DNA from: Phoronis australis
Taxonomy: Eukaryota > Animalia > Phoronida
Direction: 5' to 3'
Length of the DNA stretch: 64,000 bases
Assembly (NCBI GenBank): GCA_002633005.1
Contig: NMRA01000341.1
Location: 415,660-479,659 of the forward strand
The position numbers and the translations under genes are program-made. The notes beneath the pieces were generated by a model. The model did no database searches. It had not been told where the DNA came from and was given only the letters and a program-made list of their open reading frames with translations. Shown one piece after another: positions 53,629 to 64,000 of the stretch (the first letter of the stretch is position 1; every line of letters begins with the position of its first letter).

Positions 53629-54695
53629 GACTCAATAGTATCTGATTTACAAGTGTTCCCCTTCCTTTCCTGGGGACATTTTCTGGCGATGTGTCCCTCC
53701 TGCCCACAGTTGTAACAGCGGATTGGTTCCCGGGGCTTTCGGTCGCTGAGCTGGCGCTGAACATCCGCTAATGCCCTCTTTATCTCTGCCATGTCAGCAT
53801 GGTCCGGCCTGTTGGTTGGACGCTCCCGCATGGTCATGACTCGTGTGTCGGGGCAGGGAGCCACATCCGAAGTTTTGTTTTTCCGGCTGCACCAGGTCCC
53901 CTCAAATGCCTCGAACTCGAGTGCATGAGAAATCGCTATGTCCACGGACAGTGGCCTCTGAAACTGTACGTGCCTCCGCAGCGCCTGGTCGTTGAGCCCA
54001 GCTATAAATTGGTCTACGACCAAAACTTCACGGGCGTCACTGGCTAACTCAGGGAATGCCAATGACGCTAGCCGTTTAACACTAAAACCATAGTCTGAGA
54101 TGTTTTCTGTTTTCCCCCTCGTCCTTCCTCGGAACTCGCATCTGTGCGCGGCGACGCGTTCTGCGGGACAGAAACGCTGCGTAAGCGCTGCTTTCAAATC
54201 GTCAAAATTCTCAGACACTTCATCGTCGAGGTCCCCTACAGCACGCAAGGCCGGCCCCCGCAGACACATGACTAACTGCATGGCCGACTCCTGCTTGTCC
54301 CAACCATTTCACCTACAAATTTTCTCGAATTGGCGAAGAAAATCTGGCCATTCACATGATTTTCCGTCAAAATGTTGTGGCACCCGTTCTTTGCGTTTCG
54401 GTAGGGCGAGCGCGTGTTGTTGCTGCTGTTTTGAATTTTGCTTGATACGGGGGGCCATCGAATCCAATCCTCCCCTGTCAGTCTGATTTACATTTATAGT
54501 GGCCTGTCGCTGATGGTCAATTAATACACTAGGCGGGCTGTTGCTTGGACAGTCGACGTATGGCATTTCAGAGGAATGGTCTCTATAATCACCAACTGGG
54601 AAAATTTCAGGCAGAGAACCCGGTTCGACGTGATTTTCTGCCGCCATAAACGAGGGAGTAAACCAATTCGACACATTTGACAAGAAACGGGCCAT
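53619..54695 (-). pseudogene. gag with CCHC knuckle and one in-frame TGA (54309-54311)
   Basis: FDGKSCEWPDFLRQFEKICR*NGWD; DQFIAGL; CYNCGQEGHIARKC. Confidence 0.92.
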
Positions 54696-55454
54696 TTTGG
54701 ATTATGGAATTGGATGAAATCAGCAAATGTAGCGTATAGAACTGAGCTTGAGGTCAGTAGATGATACTCTCAGTAATTGAAACCACTAAAACGTGTCCTG
54801 AATACGTGGAGTACACCAGACAACANACCAATTCGACACATTTGAAAAGAAACGGGCCATTTTGGATTATGGAATTGGATGAAATCAGCAAATGTAGCGT
54901 ATTTGAGCCTGAGGTCAGTAGATGATACTCTCAGTAATTGAAACCACTAAAACGTGTCCTGAGTACGTGGAGTACACCAGACAACAGTAACCGAAGACGA
55001 ATGGAGTAGCCTAACAACAGAGCGTCAACAGACATGAATCTACTTCTAGAAAATATTAAGTGGGCAACAAGTGGGCATTACTTCCCACATTCAAGCTATC
55101 GCCACCTGAATATTGCAAGTTTCGCGAGAGCAAGGTATATCCATGGAAGTTAACAGCAACACACGACAAGTTGTGAATTGATAATCGACAAGGGTATTTA
55201 GTGAAACCTCAACGGCAAATCAACTCAGGAGTACTGACAAACATGGGTTCAATGTCGCTACTATTACGTTTTGAACTTTGAACACGCAACCTTCAACAGA
55301 CGTTTGCTGTGTGAGTTAATTAATTCCTAACATCACCCAGCGAGCGTGACAAGACGTCAACGGCATGAGCAACGAAAAGAATGTCATTAACGCACGGAAT
55401 AGGCATGGACGGTAAGAAACTTTATTTTACTGCTTTTCAACATCACTCGCACAT

Positions 55455-55475
55455 ATCCGCGGGCCACGCGCACCA
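55455..55475 (-). other. Primer binding site
   Basis: TGGTGCGCGTGGCCCGCGGAT one base after the 5' LTR; imperfect His/Gly tRNA 3'-end complement. Confidence 0.75.
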
Positions 55476-55618
55476 GTGTAACGGGGGCGGTATCTACGAC
55501 CAAGGCGCCCCGATTTTACGAGCCCGGTGCGGACTGAGGGTGATGTTGAAAACTAAAAGTTGGTGAATAATACATAGGTTTATTGTAAGAATATATAACT
55601 ACAATATTCCACACTTAC

Positions 55619-55638
55619 AAGCAATCCAGTTGTTCCAT
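55619..55638 (-). CDS. Predicted first coding micro-exon (MEQLDC-L) of the accessory zinc-finger protein, inside the 5' LTR
   Basis: atcATGGAACAACTGGATTGCTT|GTAAGT; phase 2 joins in frame to the acceptor at 48286. Confidence 0.6.
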
Positions 55639-55929
55639 GATTTAGTATCGCAGCGTTGTGATTTATACAGTTCTGATACACGGGCAAGCCAGTCGCTGAT
55701 TAATAGTTGTGTGTGCAAGAACGGGGCAATTTGGTTATTCAGATCCGAAAGGTGAGATGCAATCAAGCTCGGGAGGAGCCCGAGAATTGCATGGGGCTAA
55801 ACTGTTGGCAACCAAGTTCGGGAGGAGCCCGAAAGCTGCACAAACAGTTGCAATTTGGTGTGAGTGAAGGTGTAAATGTTTGCTTCTTGAACTCTGCGAC
55901 TGGACTCCTCGTGTCTGACAGAGACAAAG

Positions 55930-56079
55930 CTTAAGTACACAATTTCAACCAATCAGACACGATCTGAAGGGCAAGGCCCATAGCTCCTAGCTTCTGACCA
56001 TATTTGGCCATGTCCAAAGGACTCAACATCATAGGAAAATTCCATACGTAATACACAGCTTGACCACTAGAGGGCGCAT
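55930..56079 (-). promoter_or_regulatory. LTR U3 promoter motifs
   Basis: CTCF-like TGACCACTAGAGGGCGCAT (56061-56079), CArG CCATATTTGG (55998-56007), CCAAT box AACCAATCAG (55947-55956), TATA-like TACTTAAG (55930-55937); all kept in the 3' LTR. Confidence 0.5.
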
Positions 56080-59000
56080 ATATCTCACTTACATAATCAT
56101 GTCCAGGGCACTCCTGTTACATATGGAAGAACCAGTGAGATACAATTACATACATTAAAAAGAACATGTTTCTTTACAATTTCACTAATATGTTTAAAAA
56201 ACACTTAAAATGTTTGACTGTTTTGGAAAATATGCCCGCCTTCTTTCCGAAAATACAGCTGACTGGCTACATAATCGGTTTCCTTTGACATTTTCCCATT
56301 GGCCTGTTTTCGTACACCGTCTGACCATTTTGTTGCGACAGGCTGGGTTTCATAATTGCGATTCTTTTGAGCTAACACGAGTTGGTTTGAAAGGGTGGCG
56401 ATTTGTCTGGAATGAAGTGCACGTGCGATATTTTAGAATGCAAACCACAGTAACAAATTTGCATTATTTTCTCTCCCTCGGTATTTTGAAAAAAAAATCA
56501 TTTACAAAATCTCTGCCGAACGTGAATTTTGCTGGTTTGCCTTAGTTTTCATGGTTCACAAAGCGTCCATGAAGAAAATGAAAAATACAACGTCTTGTAA
56601 GTCTTTGTCCATCCAGGAAAGTTCATAGTCAAAACAATTAAGATAAGAGTGATCTGGAGCAGCTCACTAGAGTACGAAAGTGCGCTATAAGAAGGTGCCC
56701 AAGTGCAAAGGCGCACTAGTCCTAAGTTACACTAGTTGGATGGTCTTCTAAAAGGTGGAACTAAGCCATTAAAATGCAATTTTATTTTTGTCGCGCTATT
56801 CTACGTTGTCCATTCCCAAAAGCAGTTATGCCAAAAATAATTTCGTTGCATACTGTTTCCTATTTTACTGTATACCTCATTTCCAAAGGTTGTCATGAAG
56901 TTCAGTATGCATAAGACTTGGATGTCACATTAAAGTACTGTGCCGCCACAAGTATCGCGGCAGTGCAGTGTCAATTGTAGTCACTTGCGCGGATGACTTT
57001 GAGTATCACAGCTGCCAATCTACGTTACAGGATTTTTTAGTTGGATTATATTCGATTTTGTGGCATAATTGAGTCAATACGACGGTAACTGTAAAACGAC
57101 TCGCCCAGAGACCATAACAATCAAGTTGTTGCCAATTCACAAACAAGAAGTTTTTCTGCTCAACCACATTTACAGGAACAAATCTCAAAAGGTATCCCAC
57201 ACTCGAATTGCCCAAAAACCACTTACTTCTAAGGTAATAATGACTTACGGAGAGGTCCCACGTTTTGAAAAACATTTTCTCCACTGAACTAACGGCAAAC
57301 TGGCTTTTCAAAATCCAAGACCCCTGTAAGTGACTATCACCAATTCAAAATTAGGTTCAACACCTTCAAATTTGTGACATTCATGGAGTAAAACACACTT
57401 ATCACTTCAATTTCACTTGGCTGGTGGGCAAATTAGCAACCAGTCAGAACCAAACTGCAGAGGGGCCTGAGCTGTAATAACAAGGCTGGCACCAGAGGGA
57501 TAAACCATGAAACACAACAATGAAATTCGCTAAATTACAACGTTTTTAACGTTTGAGGATCGCCTTTAGCACAGGACGAGCCTCACGCGGCCACGCTCAG
57601 CAGCGAAACATTGGCTATTAACATAGGGGGAGGCAGGGGACAACCTCCTCTAAGACCACCAACAGCAAATAAAACAAACAAGTACCGAGTGAATATCCCT
57701 GACTCACAGGGCAAATTGGTAATGCAATGCCGAAAGGTAAAACACCTTGATTTCACAACCCCAGGTCACGACCACAAAGGCCACACGTCAACCGCGGACA
57801 GTGGTGCAGGATGCATCTGCCTGCTCGTGTCCGTAATATCCCACCCCGGGGTCACTCACAAGTGTGCGAGTCCACAAGAATTTGAAACTATGAAAGGGCT
57901 CCTGCTGTATGCCTGACCCCTGCCCCATATGGGGAGTAAGATTTCATTTTGCCACCCCCTATTGCAAACTTTGGATATCTTTGCAATCAGATTTTATAAC
58001 TGGGAACGAAATAAATCAATTCCATGTTGTGCATGAATATAATAAAAGAAGAAACATAGAGACTTTTAAGCTTATGGAGGAAAAGTGAAGCTTTGGAACC
58101 CCCCCTGAGAGTCATTGCAGAAGAAAAATAAAAATTTAGGGCAATATTTGACTGGCCGGGAGGATTTGGCGGCCGAGCTGCCAAAAGAAGCTCCTCCCAC
58201 ACTTTTTTGGGAACAAGGATGCGGTAATCTTTGAAAAACAAGTGGTCCCCCCGGGTATCCCACGCTGATCCGCTAGTGGGTGACGGGGAAAAGTTGCTGT
58301 AGCCCGAGTCAACCACGAGAGATCGAGCTCGCCGCGTCCGCGAGCAAGTTGCCAGACGTCCGGTTGGCGCCCAAGTTTTCCAAGGGGAGATTCGATTTCC
58401 GAACCCATCCTCTGTGGCTACGATCCCACATTACTGTAGTTTACCGGATTTCGACTTGGGGGCAGATTTCGAAAAATTAGGGTCCCTGTAGATAGGAAGC
58501 TGGTGAGGCCCCCTCCCCACTACCTGACCCCGTTGCAATCCTTAAATCGTACCTTCGGTGTTTTTTTCTAGTTCTCACGTCTTTCGCTCCCGTATAAATT
58601 TTAGACGAAAAGGGCTTCCTTTCGTAGAGACTGAAGTTGACCGGAAAAGTGACCTTTTCGGGCGGCACATCCCCCAGGCCTGTCCCCCTTCTCAGTTTGG
58701 ATGCAGGCTTCTCCAATACTTTCAATCGTAGCACATCGTGATCTACGTATCGAGTTGACGTGTTTTCCACAATTTCTCGGCGGGTAACGCGTGATACGTT
58801 CATGACATTGGGTGGTGCCATTTTGAAGATTCTTAGATAACCAACAGGAAAGATAGCAAACTGTTCGACCAATGTAACTCTACTTGACATTTTAACGAAG
58901 CCGAACATTCGTTCATAGGGCATACAAACTTATAAACAACACTACACTGGGCAGCGACGCGGACTTTCGTTTTAGAAATATGCCATACATGAACTGCTGT

Positions 59001-59954
59001 CATATTAAGCTGTGAAACCATACTGGATTAAATATTTAATCTATGATGAAACCTTCTCAATTCATCATGCAAACGTTACTGGTTAATGTTAATTTTTTAC
59101 TTTTACTGTGTCAAGGTGCACTGAAAACAAAGAAAAAAATGTCACTGTACTTTTTTCTGTGAGAAATGCATATATTTATGCATAGACAAATTCGTCATTT
59201 AGGGTTTGTAGGAAGGCAAGTTGGCTTTGAGAAAGTTGTCACGGAAATGGAATCTGCCTCTACGCACTACGAAAATTTCTCTATACCTTGCCATTTGAGT
59301 CCAGACAGCAGCAGGTTTGAGATATAAAGTAAGGCTTGTCTCGTTTATTGAGAATTCAGTGTAGTTTAGGCATACACCATAAAGAGGGAAGCAAAAAAAA
59401 ATCAATGTGAGATATGTTTTGGTAGGCCTACTATGGAAAGTCCAACGTTCTGTACTCTGTTCACTTTTGTAGCAGTAGGAATGAAATAGTCACATCCAAA
59501 TCTGTGCATTGTGTAATAGTCATGAGTTATGACCAAAGCCGTTTGTAGCATAGTTTTTGCAAGCACAGTTCAGCTCTTGCAGTCAAGAGGAGGCACACAG
59601 AGCGACCTAGCAAGATAAGTGTTGGTTTCCTTTACTCAAGGTCGTGGGTCGAGTCCCACTGAGGCACATTGATAGACCCTTGAATCAGATCTCAAGCTCC
59701 CCAGCTCAGTTTAAGGTGTATTAATCAAGTGTAAAATGATTCCAAGTGATCAGTGAAATGGGCTCACTTAAGCGTCTTTGCATGTCTGATCCAACGTGTA
59801 CCGGACCGCCTGCAATTATTTTTGACATAAAATTTCACTTGTCCACTGCATTGGTGAGATTATGCTATTTGAGTAATTTTAAAAACTTGTACATAAGTAA
59901 GCGCAAGTGTAAAACCAGCCAAATCTACAACTCATCAAATTACAAAACATGACC

Positions 59955-59960
59955 TTTATT
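59955..59960 (-). terminator. Candidate SPG7 polyadenylation signal
   Basis: AATAAA about 80 nt after the stop codon. Confidence 0.45.
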
Positions 59961-60038
59961 GTAATCTTGTTTTAGGCTAGAACAAGAAAGCTTAGGGAGA
60001 AAGTATGAGAATCAGAAGACAAGAGACAAATTCTAATG

Positions 60039-60218
<180 letters not shown>

Positions 60219-60589
60219 CTACGAAATTGAAAGACAAAAACCGGTCGTTAAATAAATAAGTAAAAGCCTACGGACAACTTAAATAAAAAAAGCCCAAAAC
60301 AATTCTGAGCACAACAGGAATTATTTTGTTAAGTGTTAATTGTTAACTGAGGGACATCTTTCACAAAGTACATTCTAAACAAACACTGAGAAAACATACT
60401 GCATTTGATTACAAGCCATTAAGTTTTCTGTACCAATAATTTCCCTATCCAGGGTTGGTTTTTGATACGTGATCATCAGGACACTGAATAAGGATAATTG
60501 GTAAACAGTAAAAGCACTGACTTTCAACAGCTTCCAGTCCAAATACAATGCTGTTAATTTACAGAATACATTGGGTAAAACGAAATTCT

Positions 60590-60838
60590 GAGCCCCGTTT
60601 CAACAAAACTGGTGTAGCTAAGACAAATCTTAAACTGAAGTAAATTATAAAATAAAACTCAAATTTGTTTTAAGTCCGTTCCAAGAAAATGATCTTAAGT
60701 TTAACTTTTAAGTTTTTGACTTAAATTTTATCTTAAGTTCGAAGCATTTTACTGGATGTGGAAGTTTCAAAGTCTGGATGCTGAGATAAATCTTAGACTT
60801 AAGTAAAAAGCTTCAGCTGGGTTCTTGAAAGGAGCCTC
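60590..60838. mobile_element. Harbinger-like MITE in an SPG7 intron
   Basis: Imperfect inverted ends gagccccgtttcaacaa / ttcttgaaaggagcctc with internal cttaag repeats. Confidence 0.4.
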
Positions 60839-60913
60839 GAACTCCTCACTGTGCGACAACATCCCTGCCTAAGACAGAAATACTTTGTTATATAGTGTTA
60901 AAACAGTCCTTAC

Positions 60914-61158
60914 CAATAAAAGTTTGTCAGCATTCTCCTTTAATACATGTTCTGCATTCTTGTAGGCTCTGCCGACAAGTGCACGTGCTTCATCATCGAT
61001 TGTGTGAGCCAACTTTTTACTGTATGGTTTCATGCCAAACTGGCTCTCCTGTTCGACAGTGGCGGGAAATGACAGTAGGCCAACCACGTCGCTCATTCCA
61101 AAACTGCGAATCTGGTCGTATGCTAGCTGGGTCACCCTCTTCAGGTCATCCTGGGCCC
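60914..61158 (-). CDS. SPG7: Paraplegin exon (245 bp), peptidase M41 domain
   Basis: (G)AQDDLKRVTQLAYDQIRSFGMS...KPYSKKLAHTIDDEARALV...NADKLLL; AG and GTAAGG boundaries. Confidence 0.93.
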
Positions 61159-61663
61159 CTGGTGTTGAAATAAAGAGGCATTCAGTGGCATTCATCTTAA
61201 GTCTGATACGCTAAAAGAAATTTTGAAACACAATGATCGGGTATTGAAATGATGTTGCATAATAGCACCGAAAAACATTTTACATCGAACAGCTACCCTT
61301 AAGGCAGAATACGAGATGCGAAAGACTGATTTTCTTATGCCACAAGCTAGTAAAATGGGGGACTTCCACTGCAAATCTCCAGATATCTTCACTTCATTAA
61401 GAGCTGGCCCCATTACATTAAAGGAAAAAACATACACACTAGTATCAGATTCTACACACTTCAGTAACCATTTGTAAATGTAAAAGCAAAAAAATGTAAG
61501 TGACATGAATGCAACTCTCTAACTCAAAAATGCCAGAAGAAATCAAAAAAGTCACCTATGAACATTAGCAACAACAGCTTTCAAAAACGAACTGTTAGTA
61601 GCTACAGTACACACCCTTGAGCTAATAGTTATCACAGCATAACATTGTAAACTTATTACACTA

Positions 61664-61843
<180 letters not shown>

Positions 61844-62459
61844 TCAAAATTGACTTTTGCTTTGGACCATTTACCTTTACAGGATTAGCATAACTCGTTC
61901 TTAACTTTAATTAACGACTTCTCGGATAAGAAAGAGTTGATGATTCCCTATTCCTTGACACCAAGCTCACCACATTTACTTGTCTGACTTGGTGGATAAT
62001 ATTACGAGCATTGTCTTAGGCAATAACAAAATGTCAGTTCCTTCCAATACCAGAAACTCCTTCTCATCAGTTTTGGGAACACGGAATGCTCCATATTTTT
62101 TACAGAACTGGGGTTCACTACAGCTTTAAAGGTCTTAATAAACTGCACGACTCATCGAAATTTATACAACTGTCAAACAATTACAACAAAAAAGCCACTC
62201 GAAGACCGCACCAACACTAATCAATTACTTATTGTTTACTGCAACACTGACCACGGATACTTGAATTATAGTGTGGCCTCACACCACCAGGAGGCGCAGC
62301 AAGTAAAATGAAACACATGTATCTATTCATTGACAGAATGAGTTAATTTTTGGCTTCATTTCCTTCCCTCATCCGACAATAATGTTTAAACTTAATTCCA
62401 CTAAAATGTTTGTTTTGAAATACATGAACTCTTGATTTATGCAAACCATAGCGCCATAC

Positions 62460-62543
62460 CTCTTCTTTAGAGTGTAACTTGTGATCAGCAGGCATGTACT
62501 GAGCAAAACCCAAGGCACTGCTTGTTCGAGGAACAATAGACAC
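62460..62543 (-). CDS. SPG7: Paraplegin exon (84 bp), copy A
   Basis: VSIVPRTSSALGFAQYMPADHKLHSKEE; PRT..ALGFAQ is SPG7-like rather than AFG3L2-like. Confidence 0.9.
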
Positions 62544-63284
62544 CTGCAACAAGGAACAGGAGAGACCTGAGAAGCTACTCAATTACCACCTGGAATGTCA
62601 GACACCTGACACATGCGAATGGTCAGAAGATGTCTCACAGTGACTAACAAAACAAAGCTCTACTGAGACATGTTAAGTTTGGTTGACAAACAAAATACAA
62701 CACATTTAAATCATGATACAAACTCTCCAATTTTGGGCAGTCTGTAAGATTTGCGACACCGAAATTGGAGCAAACTGAGATTTCTTGATTATGAAAATTG
62801 GAGCACGGACAATTTTGTCATTCTTTATATTTCTCATCCAATATTACCTATTTATAAATATTTGGAATAAGCTCCAAAATAATAATTTTTCACTGTGTCA
62901 CACTAGAGAATTTTTACAGTAAGGGTATCAAGAACTTTGCAACAAGGTGCAATTGTCCTTTGTATCCCTCAGTAAGATGACTTTGCAAGACCTTAAACAA
63001 AACCGGCAGCCTTGTCGTTCATATTTCACTAACATCAACTGACTGACCCTGAGTAAANGTTTACTGCAACACTGACCACGGATACTTGAATTATAGTGTG
63101 GCCTCACACCACCAGGAGGCGCAGCAAGTAAAATAAAACACATGTATCTATTCATTGACAGAATGAGTTAATTTTTGGCTTCATTTCACTCCCTCATCTG
63201 ACAATAATGTTTAAACTTAATTCCACTAAATTGTTTGTTTTGAAATACATGAACTCTTGATTTAGGCAAACCATAGCGCCATAC

Positions 63285-63368
63285 CTCTTCTTTAGAGTGT
63301 AACTTGTGATCCGCAGGCATGTACTGTGCAAAACCCAAGGCACTGCTTGTTCGAGGAACAATAGACAC
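63285..63368 (-). CDS. SPG7: Paraplegin exon (84 bp), copy B, probably allelic duplicate
   Basis: Same peptide as copy A with synonymous differences; lies within the 824-bp duplication across the n at 63058. Confidence 0.8.
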
Positions 63369-63872
63369 CTGCAACGAGGAACAGGAGAGACCTGAGAAGC
63401 TACTCAATTACCACCTGTAATGTCAGACACCTGACAAATGCGAATGGTCAGAAGATGTCTCACAGTGACTAACAAAACAAAGCTCTACTGAGACATGTTA
63501 AGTTTGGTTGACAAACAAAATACAACACACTTAAATCATGATACAAACTCTCCAATTTTGGACAGTCTGTAAGATTTGGGACACAGAAATTAGAGCAAAC
63601 TGAGATTTCTTGATTCTGAAAGTTGGAGCATGGACAATTTTTTCATTCTTTATATTTCTCATCCAATATTACCTATTTATGAATATTAGGAATAAGCTCC
63701 AAAATAATAATTTTACACTGTGTCAAACTAGAGAATTTTTACAGTAAGGGTATCAAGAACTTTGCAACCAGGTGAAATTGTCCTTTGTATCCCTCAGTAA
63801 GAGGCCTTTGCAAGACCTTAAACAAAACCGGCAGCTTTGTCGTTCATATTTCACCAACACCAACTGACTGAC

Positions 63873-63988
63873 CCTGAGTAAAGCGTCCGTGTGCTTCAAC
63901 AACCAGCCAACCAGAGCATGTCCTGCTTCGTGATATGCAACGACGTTCTTCTCTTGAGCTGTCAACACACTGGTCTTTTTAGCCACGC
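63873..63988 (-). CDS. SPG7: Paraplegin exon (116 bp) with HEXGH zinc-binding motif
   Basis: (G)[38 protein letters not shown]; ttttccAG and GTCAGT boundaries. Confidence 0.93.
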
Positions 63989-64000
63989 CTGGAAAACGGA

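Larger units (their letters stand above)
46901..56121 (-). mobile_element. Ty3/gypsy LTR retrotransposon, mosaic assembly, with extra zinc-finger ORF
   Basis: Two TG...CA LTRs, PBS, PPT, gag-PR-RT-RH-IN order; internal n joins at 49023, 51044, 51708, 52211 and 54826 duplicate segments. Confidence 0.97.
55477..56121 (-). repeat. 5' LTR (645 bp)
   Basis: tgtaac...gttaca, adjacent to the PBS. Confidence 0.97.

Noticed and set aside
54300-54320. gag TGA as programmed readthrough or as the splice donor for the ZnF ORF
   Set aside because: Most simply a TGG-to-TGA mutation in the conserved ICRWNGW motif; the LTR GTAAGT donor is much stronger
48544-54486. Plus-strand ORFs over gag-pol
   Set aside because: Antisense shadows of GC-rich coding sequence with no motifs
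59600-59810. SINE-like segment with a B-box-like GGGTCGAGTCCC
   Set aside because: No convincing A box or boundaries

Overview
AT-rich, intron- and repeat-rich animal genomic DNA, probably a heterozygous draft assembly of a marine invertebrate (inferred; single-n joins flank duplicated segments). There are two spliced host genes on the minus strand: a divergent four-EF-hand calmodulin-like gene (exons 7738-7687, 5130-4987, 336-161, 57-1, running off the window) and the 3' part of a paraplegin/SPG7 m-AAA protease gene (63988-60039). Between them lie a decayed hAT transposon (36738-41938) with a nested ISL2EU-like element (THAP/DDE plus YqaJ remnants), several MITEs and tRNA-derived SINEs, and a mosaic-assembled Ty3/gypsy LTR retrotransposon (46901-56121). 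The most interesting signal is that this gypsy looks like a 'complex' retroelement. An ATG and a GTAAGT donor inside the 5' LTR are phase-compatible with an acceptor just after the pol stop, predicting a spliced 163-aa two-zinc-finger accessory protein in the env position. The LTR also carries two tandem bulged hairpins with compensatory base changes, plus CTCF-like and CArG motifs. All protein and family calls come from motif recognition by eye; no searches were run.
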